Shown here piece by piece: positions 27,889 to 43,229 of a stretch of DNA of 64,000 nt. Source of the DNA: Eledone cirrhosa. Its lineage: Eukaryota. Made by a program: the position numbers and the translations under genes. Numbering within the stretch: position 1 is the first letter of the stretch; the number at the start of each line of letters is the position of its first letter. Below the pieces are notes generated by a model. That model worked only from the letters and a program-made list of their open reading frames with translations. It was not told the origin of the DNA and did no database searches. The stretch covers positions 125,860,001 to 125,924,000 of the forward strand of contig OZ024745.1 in NCBI GenBank assembly GCA_964016885.1, read 5' to 3'.

Positions 27889-28955
27889 AAATAATTGTTT
27901 CTACTTTAGGCACAAGGCCAGCAATTACCCAGTGCATTACTGGTACTTTATTTTATCGACCCCGTAAGGATGAAAGGCAAAGTCAACCTCGGCGGGATTT
28001 GAACTCAGATCGTAAAGGGACGTAACTATGCTGGAAAGCATGGCGTCCGACCCTCTACCGATACTGCCAATCCACATAATGCGAGGTAAAGCTTTTAGCA
28101 TGAAAATATAATAGTATATATAGAGTAATGTGAATGCTAAATGGATAAATATGGATTCTATCGAATAATAATAATTTTTCCTACAATTTGGCACAAGGCC
28201 AGCAATTACCCCCAGTGCATTACTGGTACTTTATTTTATCGCCCCCATAAGGATAAAAGGCAAAGTTAACCTCGGTGGAATTTGAACTCAGATAATAAAG
28301 GGCCGTAACTCCATAATGTAAAGCATGGCGTCTGACCCTCTACCGATATTGCCAATCCACCGCTTTCGAATAATAATAATAATAATAATTGTTTCTACTT
28401 TCGGCACAAGGCCAGCAATTACCCAGTACATAATAATAATAATAATAGTTGTTTCTACTTTTGGCACAAGGCCAGCAATTACCCAGTACCTTACTGGTAC
28501 TTTATTTTATCGACCTCGTAAGGATGAAAGGAAACGTTAACCTTGGCGGGATTTGAACTCAGATCATAAAGGGCCGTAACTCTTTGCTGCAAAGTATGGA
28601 GTCCGACCCTCTACTGCCAATCCACCAATAATAATAATTGTTTCTACTGTTGGCACAAGGGCAGCAATAACCCAGTACATTACTGGTACTTTATTTTATC
28701 CACCAATAATAATAATTGTTTCTACTTTTGGCACCAGGCCAGCAATTACCCAGTACATTACTGGTACTTTATTTTATCCACCAATAATAATAATTGTTTC
28801 TACGTTTGGCACAAGGCCAGCAATTACCCAGTACATTACTGGTACTTTATTTTTTTTCGATACCGTAAGGATGAAAGGCAAAGTTGACCTCGGCGGGGTT
28901 TGAACTCAGAATGGAAAGGGCCGTAACTCTACCGATACTGCCAATCCACCAATAA
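27889..28955 (-). mobile_element. Cluster of about 4 full and 3 partial OK-like SINE copies in the same orientation
   Basis: Repeated aataattgtttctactttggcacaaggccagcaattacccagt units separated by (AAT)n tails. Confidence 0.9.
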
Positions 28956-28960
28956 TAATG

Positions 28961-29288
28961 ATATTCGATTGGTTTGCAAGTAAACGGCCTTACTATGCTA
29001 TGCTTTGCTTTTGATGACTATCTGCAAGGCCAGCCGTAAAATCGCTCGCTATGCAAATGAGGCTAATCAGCCTATGTATATTTTAGAAAATACTATATAA
29101 TATATATATACTATATATTTTCAACAGTTCAATCGAGTAGAAGAGAGGTATACAATCTTGATGATGGGAAATGACCCAGAAACATGTTTAATGTTTCTCG
29201 GTGCTACTGTCAAACAAACCGGTGATGATAGTCATCAAAAGCAACGCATAGCATAGTGAAGCCGTTTGCTTGAAAACGAATCGAGTAT
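28961..29288. mobile_element. MITE-like element with ~62 bp TIRs
   Basis: atattcgattggtttgcaagtaaacggcc...gatgactatc (28961-29022) is inverted at 29227-29288. Confidence 0.7.
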
Positions 29289-29685
29289 GATGATTATCAT
29301 TCGATACAACCCATACTTACATTAGTTTTAATTATCATTGCTTTTGCTCTGATATTGATGATGTATGTTCCAGTTGTTCGATCAACGGAACATCCTGCTC
29401 ATGAAATTAATATCTCAATGGCTGAGAATTCCACCACAGACACATGTACCCTAAACATAATTCTCAGGTAGATTTAGCGTTACACAGTGTGTGTGGGACA
29501 AGGCTGGCCTTTTGAATTACAAATGCAGTTCATCCGACAAGCTTCCAAGTAGTTTAATTCTGCCCAGTTTTATTTACAAAGCATGAGTCGACCCAAGGCA
29601 ATGGTAACATGCGACCAGCATGCCACGTAGTAAGTTCGAAGCAAACTTTGTAATCATTTAGCCGTGTTGCGTCCAATACTATAGG

Positions 29686-30058
29686 CTAGCGGATTGGAAG
29701 AAGCGTTAGAGCGTCGAAATGATTGGTTCGTCTTTAGACACAAGACCAACAATTTGAAGGGAAGGGGGAAAGTCAATTAAATCGGCCCCAGTGCTTACTG
29801 GTACTTTATTTTATCGACCCCGTAAGGTGAAAGGCATAGCTAACATCGATGGAATTTGAATTCAGGGCGTTATAGGCCGTAACTCTATGCCACGCAACAT
29901 GTTGTCCGACGCTCTAGCGATAATGCCAATCCCCCGCCAAATAATGATTTACGGTATTTGTTCCGGCAACTTTATGTTCTGAGTTCAAATCCCACCGAAC
30001 TCTATTTCGACTTTCATCCTTGTGAGGACAATAAAGTGAAATACCAGTCAAGTACTGC
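29686..30058. mobile_element. Nested SINEs: a minus-strand copy (about 29735-29937) inside a plus-strand copy
   Basis: The 5' head at about 29686 and the B box/core at about 29975-30058 are split by a reverse-oriented SINE. Confidence 0.65.
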
Positions 30059-30082
30059 TATTTCACTGTATTGTCATTAGTA

Positions 30083-30320
30083 AAGGCACGTGGGTTGGTG
30101 GTTAGGGAATTGGATTCGCAATCGTGAGATTGTGAGTTCAATTCTCGGAACGGGTGATGCGTTGTGTCCTGGAGCAAGACACTTTATTTCACATTGCTCT
30201 TTCTCCCAGGAGTTGCGACCGGTAGATAGTATTAGCAATGGAAAGTCTAATGGAACCATTGTTTCCTTGGTCCGATTTGATGCAAGCGAATGATGTCTGG
30301 GATCTTGTCGATCGATCAGA
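30083..30320 (+). mobile_element. Second SINE family copy
   Basis: A box tgggttggtggttag, B box gagttcaattc, ttgtgtcctggagcaagacacttt core; 3' part homologous to 33994-34232. Confidence 0.75.
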
Positions 30321-31527
30321 GCGAACTAGGGTCGATTTAAGCCCCCCGCCCTTCCCGAATTGCTAACCTTATACCTAAATTAATAGCTGTTATATTGTTT
30401 TGGTTATTATCGTGCTAAACATCTATAAATAGCAAATGGAATCATAAGGAAATAGCCTTTAATGTCTCTCAATATAATTTACTTGGGTATGCCTGTACGT
30501 ATGGTTGCGTGTGTGTGTGTGAGCTGCCTGTATATGTATGTGTGATTGTGTATGTAAAGCAATTGAAACAGAAGAGAAATATGTCAAAAAGTAGATAAAA
30601 CTTTACTACTGAAATGTGTTGTAATATGAAGTAGCTGAATACACGGTCCTATCAAAACAATGTGATACGATTTACTCCATTTCAGCTTTGCTTCACTGTT
30701 TCTGTCATATATGTGGCCTTCTTTATGTTTGAACTTCGGGTAAATTTCTCCCGAAATGTCATACTTTGATGAATGAAAAATTAGTCTAGCTTTATCACAT
30801 TATCTTTCCTATATAGATAACTATACCTTCGACCTTTTAGCATTTGACATTATGATATTCTGACTGGTGAACTTGCAGTAGACGTCTTAAAAGTAATGGA
30901 TACATCTATCATCCATGTGATGCACACGAATTGAAGTCAAGAAAAATGAATATAACAAATAAATATTTTAATGTGAAAAAAATAGATTTCAGTAAGGCGA
31001 TTTCACTGAAAATGATTCGGCAAAAGTTCTTCCTATTTTAGATAAATATGTACAGAAAACGAAAACACTAAAACATTTCAAACAACAAGGAGTGCCTGAA
31101 AATACTTATGTAAACTAATAAATACAAGCAACTTCAAAAGATTCTATAATGTGAGTCACTGACAAACTATCCCTTGTTAATTGTTATAGGAAGTAGGAAA
31201 AGCAAATTTACTAAAAAGCCTCATGAAATATGACATATACCTGAAGCTCTGTAAATATATACTATATGATATTTCAAAACATGTCCAGCTATAATAATCT
31301 TCATCCTTCCTATCTTACTATGTAACTTGTACTTATTTTATGAACTCCGGAAGAAGGAAAGATAAAGTCAACGGGGGTCACTATTTCACACAGAGGAGCT
31401 AAAGTAAATATAATATAATGCATCTACTTCGACTCTTTATGATATTAGGATATTATATTGAATAATGATGTTATTTACTAGTTAAAACGTTTTAGTGGCG
31501 TCATTGAATTTGTCTCATAATCATGTA

Positions 31528-32078
31528 TCTATATACGTAAATGGCAATTTATGTCTGTTTGTTTGTGTGTATGTTCGATTATGGGTTTGTTTGTGAACCT
31601 AAAACTCAAAAACTACCCAACCGATCTTGATGAAACTTGACACGCGTGGGGGGCTCTTGGCCTTTTGTTTTCTTACGTACTTTGAAGTTCTAAAAAATCG
31701 ATAATTTCCAGTCTGCATCGATTTTTTTTAATGAATAGGAAATGTGTATGCAAATGCTCATATGAATGATATTTTCTGCCATAACCTTTAAAGCTCTCAA
31801 TCATTATCCCTCAAACTTGAAACAGATATTTTATGTGCTAAGGATGGCCTTTTGCTAACGAGAATTATCCAGCCCACTCGAGCAAAGCGTAAGTTGATTT
31901 TTGATTAACTGATGAGCGAAATTCTGCTTCAGCTGTTGTGGGCTTAAAATGTTCTCCATAAATCAACTTAATATTCTCTGCTTGCTGTAACATTTATATT
32001 TGGTCTGAGAGGCATTGGGTATTTTAATAGGAACTAGGAATACCCCCGCTCCCGGGTATTACCGGGTACCTCAGCTAG
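31528..32078 (+). mobile_element. Non-autonomous Helitron
   Basis: A|TCtatatac start, gtttgt repeats and aaccgatcttgatgaaa near the 5' end; 3' hairpin cccgggtattaccggg then CTAG|T; inserted between A and T with no TSD. Confidence 0.8.
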
Positions 32079-32712
32079 TATATATAGAGAGAGATATATA
32101 TATATATATAAACAAAACACATATATATATATACACACACATATATATATAAGTGTGTATATAATATAAAAGTAACGAAGATTGCTGGTATTAAGTCAAC
32201 TTTCTCCAACCAACGTCTAGCTCACTCAATGAAGTTGCCGAATTGCAGTGATGCAGCTGCAATCGGCTGTTCAGAGTGCAAACATTTAGATAATATCAGA
32301 TACGATGGATGCGTTTTGGTAGAGAGAAAGGTAAAAATCTCATATATATATATATATATATATGAGATTTACCACAACAAAAATATATCTTTTGTCGCAT
32401 CACCAGTCTGAGGAGCAGATCGATACTGGAGTCAGACCATAACTCCTATGAGTCACCTTGAAACAATCCTCTACGAAACGCGCCTAACAGGTCGATAGAA
32501 TAAATTCTTCGTTTGTTTCTATTATATATATATTTTTTCTGCATTTTTTCCGCACCATCAAATGCACAATTTTGTAAATTTATTGATTGGTCTAGCCATA
32601 TTTAACTCGAGGAGTAAGTAAAAGTCCTTTTTTCAATGACGAGTATGCCTCTAATAAGGCTGTACCAGTGCTACGAACTGTTTGCAAAATCTCTCTCTCT
32701 CTATCTCTCTCT

Positions 32713-32772
<60 letters not shown>

Positions 32773-32823
32773 GAAAAAGTAGAGAATAACATGGTCAACA
32801 GTACAAAAAAGGGGATTTATTTG

Positions 32824-32933
32824 CAGTCTAACAATTGTTTCACAGATAGAGTTGTCTAAAAATTGCTGAACACTAAAAGCAGTTCCACTCAGTTTTAAAT
32901 ACGATGTTAACTCTATTAGATCTTCGGAAACCG
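32824..32933 (-). ncRNA. Hammerhead-like motif with CCGAAGA core and long stem II
   Basis: cggttt-CCGAAGA-t..atagagtt...aactctat..t-GAAA-CAATTG-TT-agactg; lies in a unique island between (TA)n tracts. Confidence 0.55.
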
Positions 32934-33006
32934 TTAAAAAAAAATATATGTAACCGTCAAATTTACAAATTCAAATTACATCACCAATAATAATACGCAA
33001 CGCCGT

Positions 33007-33512
<506 letters not shown>

Positions 33513-33912
33513 AAAGAAAATGTTCGCTCTACATGGCTGAATACAATAAATGTAATCTGAGTTTTACGAATATTACTACATGTTGGCATGTAGTTCTGTT
33601 TACACGCCAACACAATTGCAAGAATGAAGAGTTCATTCTACTGACATGGCTATAAAAATGAGGCTTGTTTGCATAATTGTAAACGAATCGAATGTCATTA
33701 TTAGCAGTATCGGTAGAGGGTTGGACGCCATGCTTTCTAGCATAGTTACGTCCCTTACAGTCTGAGTTCAAATCCCACCGAGGTTAACTTTGCCTTTCAT
33801 CCTTAAGGGGTCGCTAAAATAAAGTACCAGTAATGTACTGGTATTTTCTGGCCTTGTGCCTAAAGTAGAAACATTATTAATATTCGAAAAACTCAGATTA
33901 CATTTATTGTGT
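33513..33912 (-). mobile_element. PLE-like fold-back remnant (family G) interrupted by an OK-like SINE (33701-33878, +)
   Basis: acaataaatgtaatctgagttttacgaatatta (about 33543-33575) is inverted at about 33878-33910; the same sequence occurs at about 12015-12066; (TA)n flanks. Confidence 0.6.
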
Positions 33913-33950
33913 GTATATATATATATATATATCGGGGTTAAACATTTTCC

Positions 33951-33993
<43 letters not shown>

Positions 33994-33995
<2 letters not shown>

Positions 33996-34232
33996 GCGTG
34001 CTGAGTGGTTAGAGAAGTGGATTCGCAATCGTCATTCCGTTTCCCAGACAGGGCGATACGTTATGTCCTTGAACAAGACATTTTCTTTTACGTTATTCAT
34101 TCTACATGGATTTGCGACCGACAGATAGTATTAGCAATTGGAAAAACCAAAGGAAACATTGATTCCTCAGTCCGATTTGACGATCTCCATCCCACTTGTT
34201 AAGCGAATGGGGGTCTGGGATCTTGTTGATCG
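33994..34232 (+). mobile_element. Second SINE family copy
   Basis: Homologous to 30083-30320. Confidence 0.7.
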
Positions 34233-34723
34233 ACTATCGATAAATATAGCTATCAGTTTATCTGCCTCACTACCGATTAGCCCCCGAAGATGGGTAAAGA
34301 TCCTAAAATACCATTATTTGACGTTGTCATATGGTTACTGGGATAACTGCAGCATGATCATCGCTTAAAATACCTACAATGAAGCTATGATATGTTTATT
34401 ATGCATAAACATATTGCGTATGCTTCGATATATATTTCTATTCTGTGTTAGTAATTGACTTATACTAATTTGCATCGATGTTTACTAATTTTGGTTCAGA
34501 TTTTTAATGTTCAATGCTTTAAATATGTTAACCTCCCCTTGATGCAACCCATTATTGTTACTCAGATCTGAAAACATATTTTCCCTACAAAGATTAAAAA
34601 AATTAAGCTCAAAGATCCAAAACATATAACTCGTGCAACATAATTTCTTACAACATTTTCATTATTAAAGTTTTACATAGAAAGTGATGTTTCAAGCATA
34701 CATAAGCAAAATCAATGCATAAC

Positions 34724-34771
<48 letters not shown>

Positions 34772-35504
34772 GGAGAAATGAGTTGCTGTTGGTGTACTTG
34801 GTAAAGTCAAAGCGATTCTGGTTATATTTTACCAAAGCAACAGAAATAAAGCCAATATTAATTATAATTCTAAAATAGTAAGAAAATAGAAATCGGTTTC
34901 GAATGTCATCTTCATTTCTATATCTTTAAAATTATTTAGTAAGATATAGCTTCATGTGTATACCACCATATAATTATCTTCTTTAATGACATGGTAATAT
35001 GTTTCGTATAACTTCAGCAAAAGCTTTAAGTAACAGTTTCATATTTCACATAGATATACAATAAAAGTACACCCATTAAATAGAACCTGGTGTATTCTCG
35101 TACAACTACATATAATAACTTTCTAGTACAAACCCTAAACATCAGATAAGAAAATTTCTTAACAGAATTATCAAGAAAACATTAGACACTTGACTTATAT
35201 TTCCATTTAATCACGTAATGACAACTAGTCTCTTGAAAGTGTAGAATAATTAAATGGTTTATTGCCATCATTTTTCTCTTTTTATTTTTCTTAACTTGAT
35301 GAATCTATTTTCTTGGTGTAAAGAAAGAATAAATATAGCTCGGATTTCGTGATGATGATGTAGGAAATAATATAGTAATGACTTTTAAGGTATCCCTTAC
35401 GGTTAACATTTTCTGAACAAAAATTTGTAATCTATAACATTATAGTTCTTGTATCGAGAGCTGCTTCCCTGTTACGCCTTTAGCAGCCTTAAATATGAAA
35501 GCGA

Positions 35505-35567
<63 letters not shown>

Positions 35568-35579
35568 AATATATATATA

Positions 35580-35668
<89 letters not shown>

Positions 35669-35990
35669 AATATATATATTATATATGCCTGTGTATTAAG
35701 TGTGTTATTAAATATATATATATGCCTGTGTGTTAAGTTTATATCCCTACATATACAGTGCAGAGCTTAACCGAGATTGTGTGCATGTGTCTATAAATAT
35801 ATACATTAGGTATATAGGCATATAAATGTGTCAAATTTACGTATTTCCCTGTACATAGAAACATTATGAATATACTGAATGGATTGGAATATTCTCAGAG
35901 AATATCCACATCGCAAAACCATTAGTAAATATTTAACTAACGGCTTTATATACATATCTATAGAGGTATATATATATATATATATACATA

Positions 35991-36182
35991 TAGGAAAAAG
36001 TATGACCCTGACGGCAGAGCTCAAGCCTTTTCGACGGCTATTTCCGAAATAGCCGTCGAAACGGCTTGAGCTCTGCCGTCGGGGTCATACTTTTCCCTCC
36101 TATTACCCACTCTACTACCCTAAGTATTGAGTACTCTGGTGCGTTATGGTCCATTTGGTTCCTTACCACAACTCGTTCGTTA
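35991..36182 (+). mobile_element. PLE-like fold-back element, family B (copy 2)
   Basis: Palindrome centred on atttccgaaat with the same ~80 bp tail; (TA)n flanks. Confidence 0.8.
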
Positions 36183-36188
36183 TATATT

Positions 36189-36294
<106 letters not shown>

Positions 36295-36429
36295 TGTAAA
36301 TGAAGTAATTCCGTCGGAAAAGTCCAGGAAAAAAGAGTGCTCTATGTAGGTAACAGAGCTTAAAGGTTATGTAAGAAACCACTGATAAATGAAATAATTG
36401 CCTTATGTTGTTTATTACATAAATATATA

Positions 36430-36634
36430 TTAGAAAGTGAGGATTTTTTACAAAATGAAAAATAACCGAGGTGTCCTACACGAGTGAAAGTATAAAGAAA
36501 AAAAGATGAAATCGAAAATGCAACTGGAGTCTTATTTTTAAATATATATATATATTATTTGGTTCCTTTACCGGTTTCGCAGTTCTTCTGCTTTTCAAAA
36601 GTAGAGTTGAGATGGAGGGTCTGTGGTTTTTCTC
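36430..36634 (-). mobile_element. Family C unit (non-palindromic, about 205 bp) with U3:A8 HHR at 36566-36601
   Basis: Minus strand: ctt-TTGAAAA-gcag aagaa ctgc-GAAA-CCGG-TA-aag. Same ends as 50106-50313. Confidence 0.8.
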
Positions 36635-36635
36635 T

Positions 36636-36741
<106 letters not shown>

Positions 36742-37412
36742 TACATATGTATATACATATATATATATATTAGAAAAGGGAAGTAAGGTTCTATACAAAA
36801 CAGTGGATATAGAGAAAAGGTTAAGTTGGAAATAGCAAGGAAAATATATTTAAGTGTCTGTTTTTCTTTTTTTTTTTAACCTTACTTTGATTCGTCAAAG
36901 TGACATTATTGAAAAGATGATATTATTGAAAAAATGAGAGAGACAATTCTTTAAAAAAAATGTTATAATGTATATAAAATATATAAAGTATTCCCGGTTT
37001 CGATATTTTATTAAACTTCATCTTATATAATGTTGAGTATTGAAACAAAAAATTAAAAAGAATTAATAGGAGTTAAAAACTAAAAATTTAAAATTTAAAA
37101 TTAAAATAAAATGTTGGAGTAAGTTTTTTTCCCATCTTTCTTGCTCAAAATTTGGTTGGAGAATGAGTTCTTGTTAATAGAGAGGTGGTAGTGGAGATAG
37201 TAGCAGTTATGACTCTTCATGTAGTGGAGATAGTAGCAGTTATGTTTTTGTTGGGTGGGGGATAAATGAACCATCCTCTAAATATTTCTGTGTATATCTG
37301 ATTGTGTTAACTGACTGGTCAAGAGTTCAAAAGGGGATGGGAATTGTAAGCTAGAGGTAAATTCTATGCCAGCAGCAGCACGTATATATATATGTATATA
37401 TATATATTTATG

Positions 37413-38034
37413 TCAGGTCACCAGTTGGTGCTACTGGTAACATGTATTCCAGTACAACCTGTCCCATGGTCGGGTCGTTGGCGACTAAACTGGCAACCCC
37501 ACCAAGGTTTCTTGGTGAGGAGGGTGACTTTGGACATCCTGCAGGACTAAAAACAAAACCTGTCAAAAGGCAAAGGAGCTCTTAAGAGTCAATGGCCATC
37601 CAAAATCACCGGGAGAGATGACCCCTTAGCCTTTGTCAAGGCAGAATTCTAGGAGAAGGAAAACTCTGATATAACACCTGCAACCCTGATGGTATCCAAT
37701 GATGTTGACTTGTTCTTCTTTTTGGTAAATATCATCTTGGTTAAGAGAGTGGGACTGGCTTTGTGCAGTGCCTTTGCTCACTATAAAAGCTTCACAGCAC
37801 AGGCATTGCTTTATATCTGGAGATCTCTCTGCACTTGTCATCACATGGTACCATGGGCCCAGCACTCTGTGTCAATAATTGTCACAAGTGTAGCGTTTGT
37901 ACCAGCGTTTTCAAGTCACTGGCTGGACTAAACAGTCACACTCGTTCAGCGCATCGGTAGGGGTTCTCCTACATGGATATAAAGTAGTGGCCGTACTCGA
38001 AAACGAGTTGGCAGCCACCATATATATATATATG

Positions 38035-38095
<61 letters not shown>

Positions 38096-39050
38096 GTATG
38101 TGTATATGTGTATATGTATGTATGTGTATGTATATGTATGTATATGTATATATATATATATATGTATATATATGTGTATGTATATGTATATATATATATA
38201 TATGTATATGTATGTATATGTATATATGTATATATGTGTATTTGTATATGTATGTATATGTATATATATGTATATGTATGTATATGTATATATATGTATA
38301 CGTATGTATATGTATATATATGTATATATATGTATACGTATGTATGTATATATATGTATATGTATATGTGTATATATATGTGTATGTATATGTATGTATA
38401 TGTATATGTATATATATGTATGTATATGTATATATATGTATATATATGTATATATATATATATGTGTATATATATATATATATATATGTATATGTATGTA
38501 TATATATATGTATGTATGTATATGTATGACTTTGGACATCCTGCAGGACTAAAAACAAAACCTGTCAAAGGGCAAAGGAGCTCTTAAGAGTCAATGGCCA
38601 TCCAAAATCACCGGGAGAGATGACCCCTTTAGCCTTAGTCAAGGCAGAATTCTAGGAGAAGGAAAACTCTGATATAACACCTGCAACCCTGATGGTATCC
38701 AATGATGTTGACTTGTTCTTCTTTTTGGTAAATATCATCTTGGTTAAGAGAGTGGGACTGGCTTTGTGCAGTGCCTTTGCTCACTATAAAAGCTTCACGG
38801 CACAGGCATTGCTTTATATCTGGAGATCTCTCTGCACTTGTCCTCACATGGGCCCAGCACTATGTGTCAATGATTGTCCTACCATGGGCCTAGCACTATG
38901 TGTCAATGATTGTCACAGGTGTAGTGTTTGTACCAGAGGTTTCAAGTCGCTGGCTGGACTAAAAAGTCACACTCGTTCAGCGCTTCGGTAGGGGTTATCC
39001 TACATGGATGTAAAGTAGTGGCCGTACTCGAAAACGAGTTGGCAGCCACC
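37413..39050 (+). mobile_element. Internally deleted RTE-derived element, partially tandem-duplicated (37527-38018 / 38527-39050)
   Basis: The 3' part encodes CSVCTRGFKSLAGLKSHTRS (RTE C-terminal C2H2-like motif) and ends gtactcgaaaacgagttggcagccacc(AT)n. Copies are separated by a (TATG)-type microsatellite. Diverged relative at about 52900-53200. Confidence 0.7.
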
Positions 39051-39069
39051 ATATATATATATATATCGA

Positions 39070-39280
39070 TTTCGTCACGGGAATTTCGGTCCCTCCTGGT
39101 CCAGTGTAACTGTGTTGTACTGTATTTGTGTTTGCAGGTTCGTATAGGGCTTGAAATTTGCCAGCATTAAACTGCACATTGTTGTCTTCCGCCCATTTGT
39201 ATATGGCATCCAGATGTTGTTGTAAAAGGCCAGCATCAGCCGGGTTTTTGATTGCCTGTGCTACCTTAGTGTCATCAGCA
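39070..39280 (-). mobile_element. CR1-clade LINE RT fragment
   Basis: ADDTKVAQAIKNPADAGLLQQHLDAIYKWAEDNNVQFNAGKFQAL matches CR1 RT domains 5-6. Confidence 0.88.
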
Positions 39281-39323
39281 CACACACACACACACGCACA
39301 CACACACACACGCACACACACAC

Positions 39324-39416
<93 letters not shown>

Positions 39417-39417
39417 A

Positions 39418-41154
<1,737 letters not shown>

Positions 41155-41195
41155 CTATATATATATATATGCACGCACACATATATATGTATGTA

Positions 41196-41403
41196 TAGGA
41201 ACAAGTAAGACCCCGACGGCTGAGCTCAAGCCGTTTCGACGGCTAATTCTGTACTGCTAATTCTGTACAGAATTAGCCGTCGAAACGGCTTGAGCTCAGC
41301 CGTCGGGGTCTTACTTGTTCCTATTACCCACTCTACTACCCTAAGTATTGAGTACTTTGGTGCGTTATGGTCCACCTGGTTCCTTACCACATTTCCTTCG
41401 TTA
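41196..41403 (+). mobile_element. PLE-like fold-back element, family B (copy 3)
   Basis: Palindrome with a short duplicated centre (gctaattctgtac twice) plus tail. Confidence 0.8.
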
Positions 41404-41482
41404 TGTATGTATATATAAATATATATATATACACATATATAAATATATAAATAAATAAATATATATACATATAAATATATAA

Positions 41483-41519
<37 letters not shown>

Positions 41520-41986
41520 TATATACATATATAAATACATGAATAAATATATATACATATATATATACATATATAAATACATGAATAAATATATATATAT
41601 ACATATATAAATATATAAATAAATAAATATATATATATATACATATATATACATATATACATATATACATTTATAGATAAATGTATGTATATATGTATAT
41701 AAGTTTGTGTATGTGTGTGGACATGTCAGTTGGTGTCTGCATGTCTTGGTATTTGAACATGTTTCCGGATATATGCATGCGTGCATGCACAGTGATATAT
41801 CAGTACTCTGCATAGAGAGCATCCGCTTACGTTGTCATTCTTTACGTTTTATACAGAAATGTATAGCCTGGTTACTGAGGACAATGCAACGGATATAAGC
41901 TTAACACATCCTTGTCAATTATACTTCGTTCGTAAATTTTCTTGAGAACATGCTTCTCTATTTGTGTTTATTCATTTATATGCATG

Positions 41987-42078
<92 letters not shown>

Positions 42079-42299
42079 CCTATTACTCACCCCACTCTCT
42101 CTCTCTCTCATCGTGTATAATAATATATGTGCTTGTGTATGTATGTATTTATGAACGAGTATATATAAATATGTGTGTGTGTGAGAGTGAGTATATCTGT
42201 GTTTGTGTATATACATATATATATATATATATATAGTAATAATAATAAAATTGAAGACTAAAATCCAAAGAGGGCTCGATAAGGAAAATATTTTAATAA

Positions 42300-42423
<124 letters not shown>

Positions 42424-42762
42424 TTGTAATATTGTCAGAAATAAAGTAGAATACAAAAACATATACCTAAAAACACTGACCTAAGGGAAATATCAATAAA
42501 TAAATAAATAAATAAAAATAAATAAATATACCATAGACATACAATCATTGATTGACCAACGATTAAAAATACAGATATAAATATATATATATAGTCTATC
42601 AAAGATCTTTCGTTGCACATCTGCAACATCATCATAGACATACAATACAACAGGAGGAAACATAATAGTACCACTGATGATGTTGCAGATGTGCAACGAA
42701 AGAACTTTGATAGACTATATATATATATATATCTGTATGTTTAACCACTGGTCAATCAATGA
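42424..42762 (-). mobile_element. PLE-like fold-back element with HHR
   Basis: About 42545-42632 is inverted at about 42675-42762; tail to the left; (TA)n on the left. Confidence 0.7.
42670..42711 (+). ncRNA. Type I hammerhead ribozyme
   Basis: acca-CTGATGA-t gttgca gatg tgcaac-GAAA-gaac (GATC in mirror copy)-TT-tgat. Confidence 0.65.
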
Positions 42763-43229
42763 TAAACACTGATTGGCAAATAAATTATCTATGGAAATAT
42801 AAAAGATACAGAGCGAAAACCAACCAAACAGTGAGTGTGTTCTGGTATTAATTCTGCCAATTTACAAAAATATGACGCTCCCCAAGTATATATATCTATC
42901 TATCTATATATATATATATACAAACATAGACATACTCACTCACACACACACATACATATACAAACAAATACGAGATGGAGTAAAATTTTAAGTCCAGTAA
43001 AAAGAGGAGGCACTAAACAGATAATCATTGTGGAGTTCACAGATTGTGTGACAAAAGAACCTTGATAAACAAATGAAAAACTTGCAATAAAGATAATGTG
43101 AAAATTATATGGCACATATGTTTCTTTCTACTAGTAATATCGGTTCCAACACAGGAGTTCACATCAGGAAACTTGCAGAACAAAACTAGAAAGGTATATA
43201 TATATAACAGCTGGTCTGTTAGATGATCT

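Noticed and set aside
27889-28955. Repeat-spacer appearance suggesting a CRISPR array
   Set aside because: The units are SINE fragments with no unique spacers, no cas genes, and a eukaryotic context.
32401-32495. CTGAGGA...GAAACGCG possible hammerhead
   Set aside because: Stem I and the UH site cannot be formed convincingly; at best a decayed copy, so not counted.
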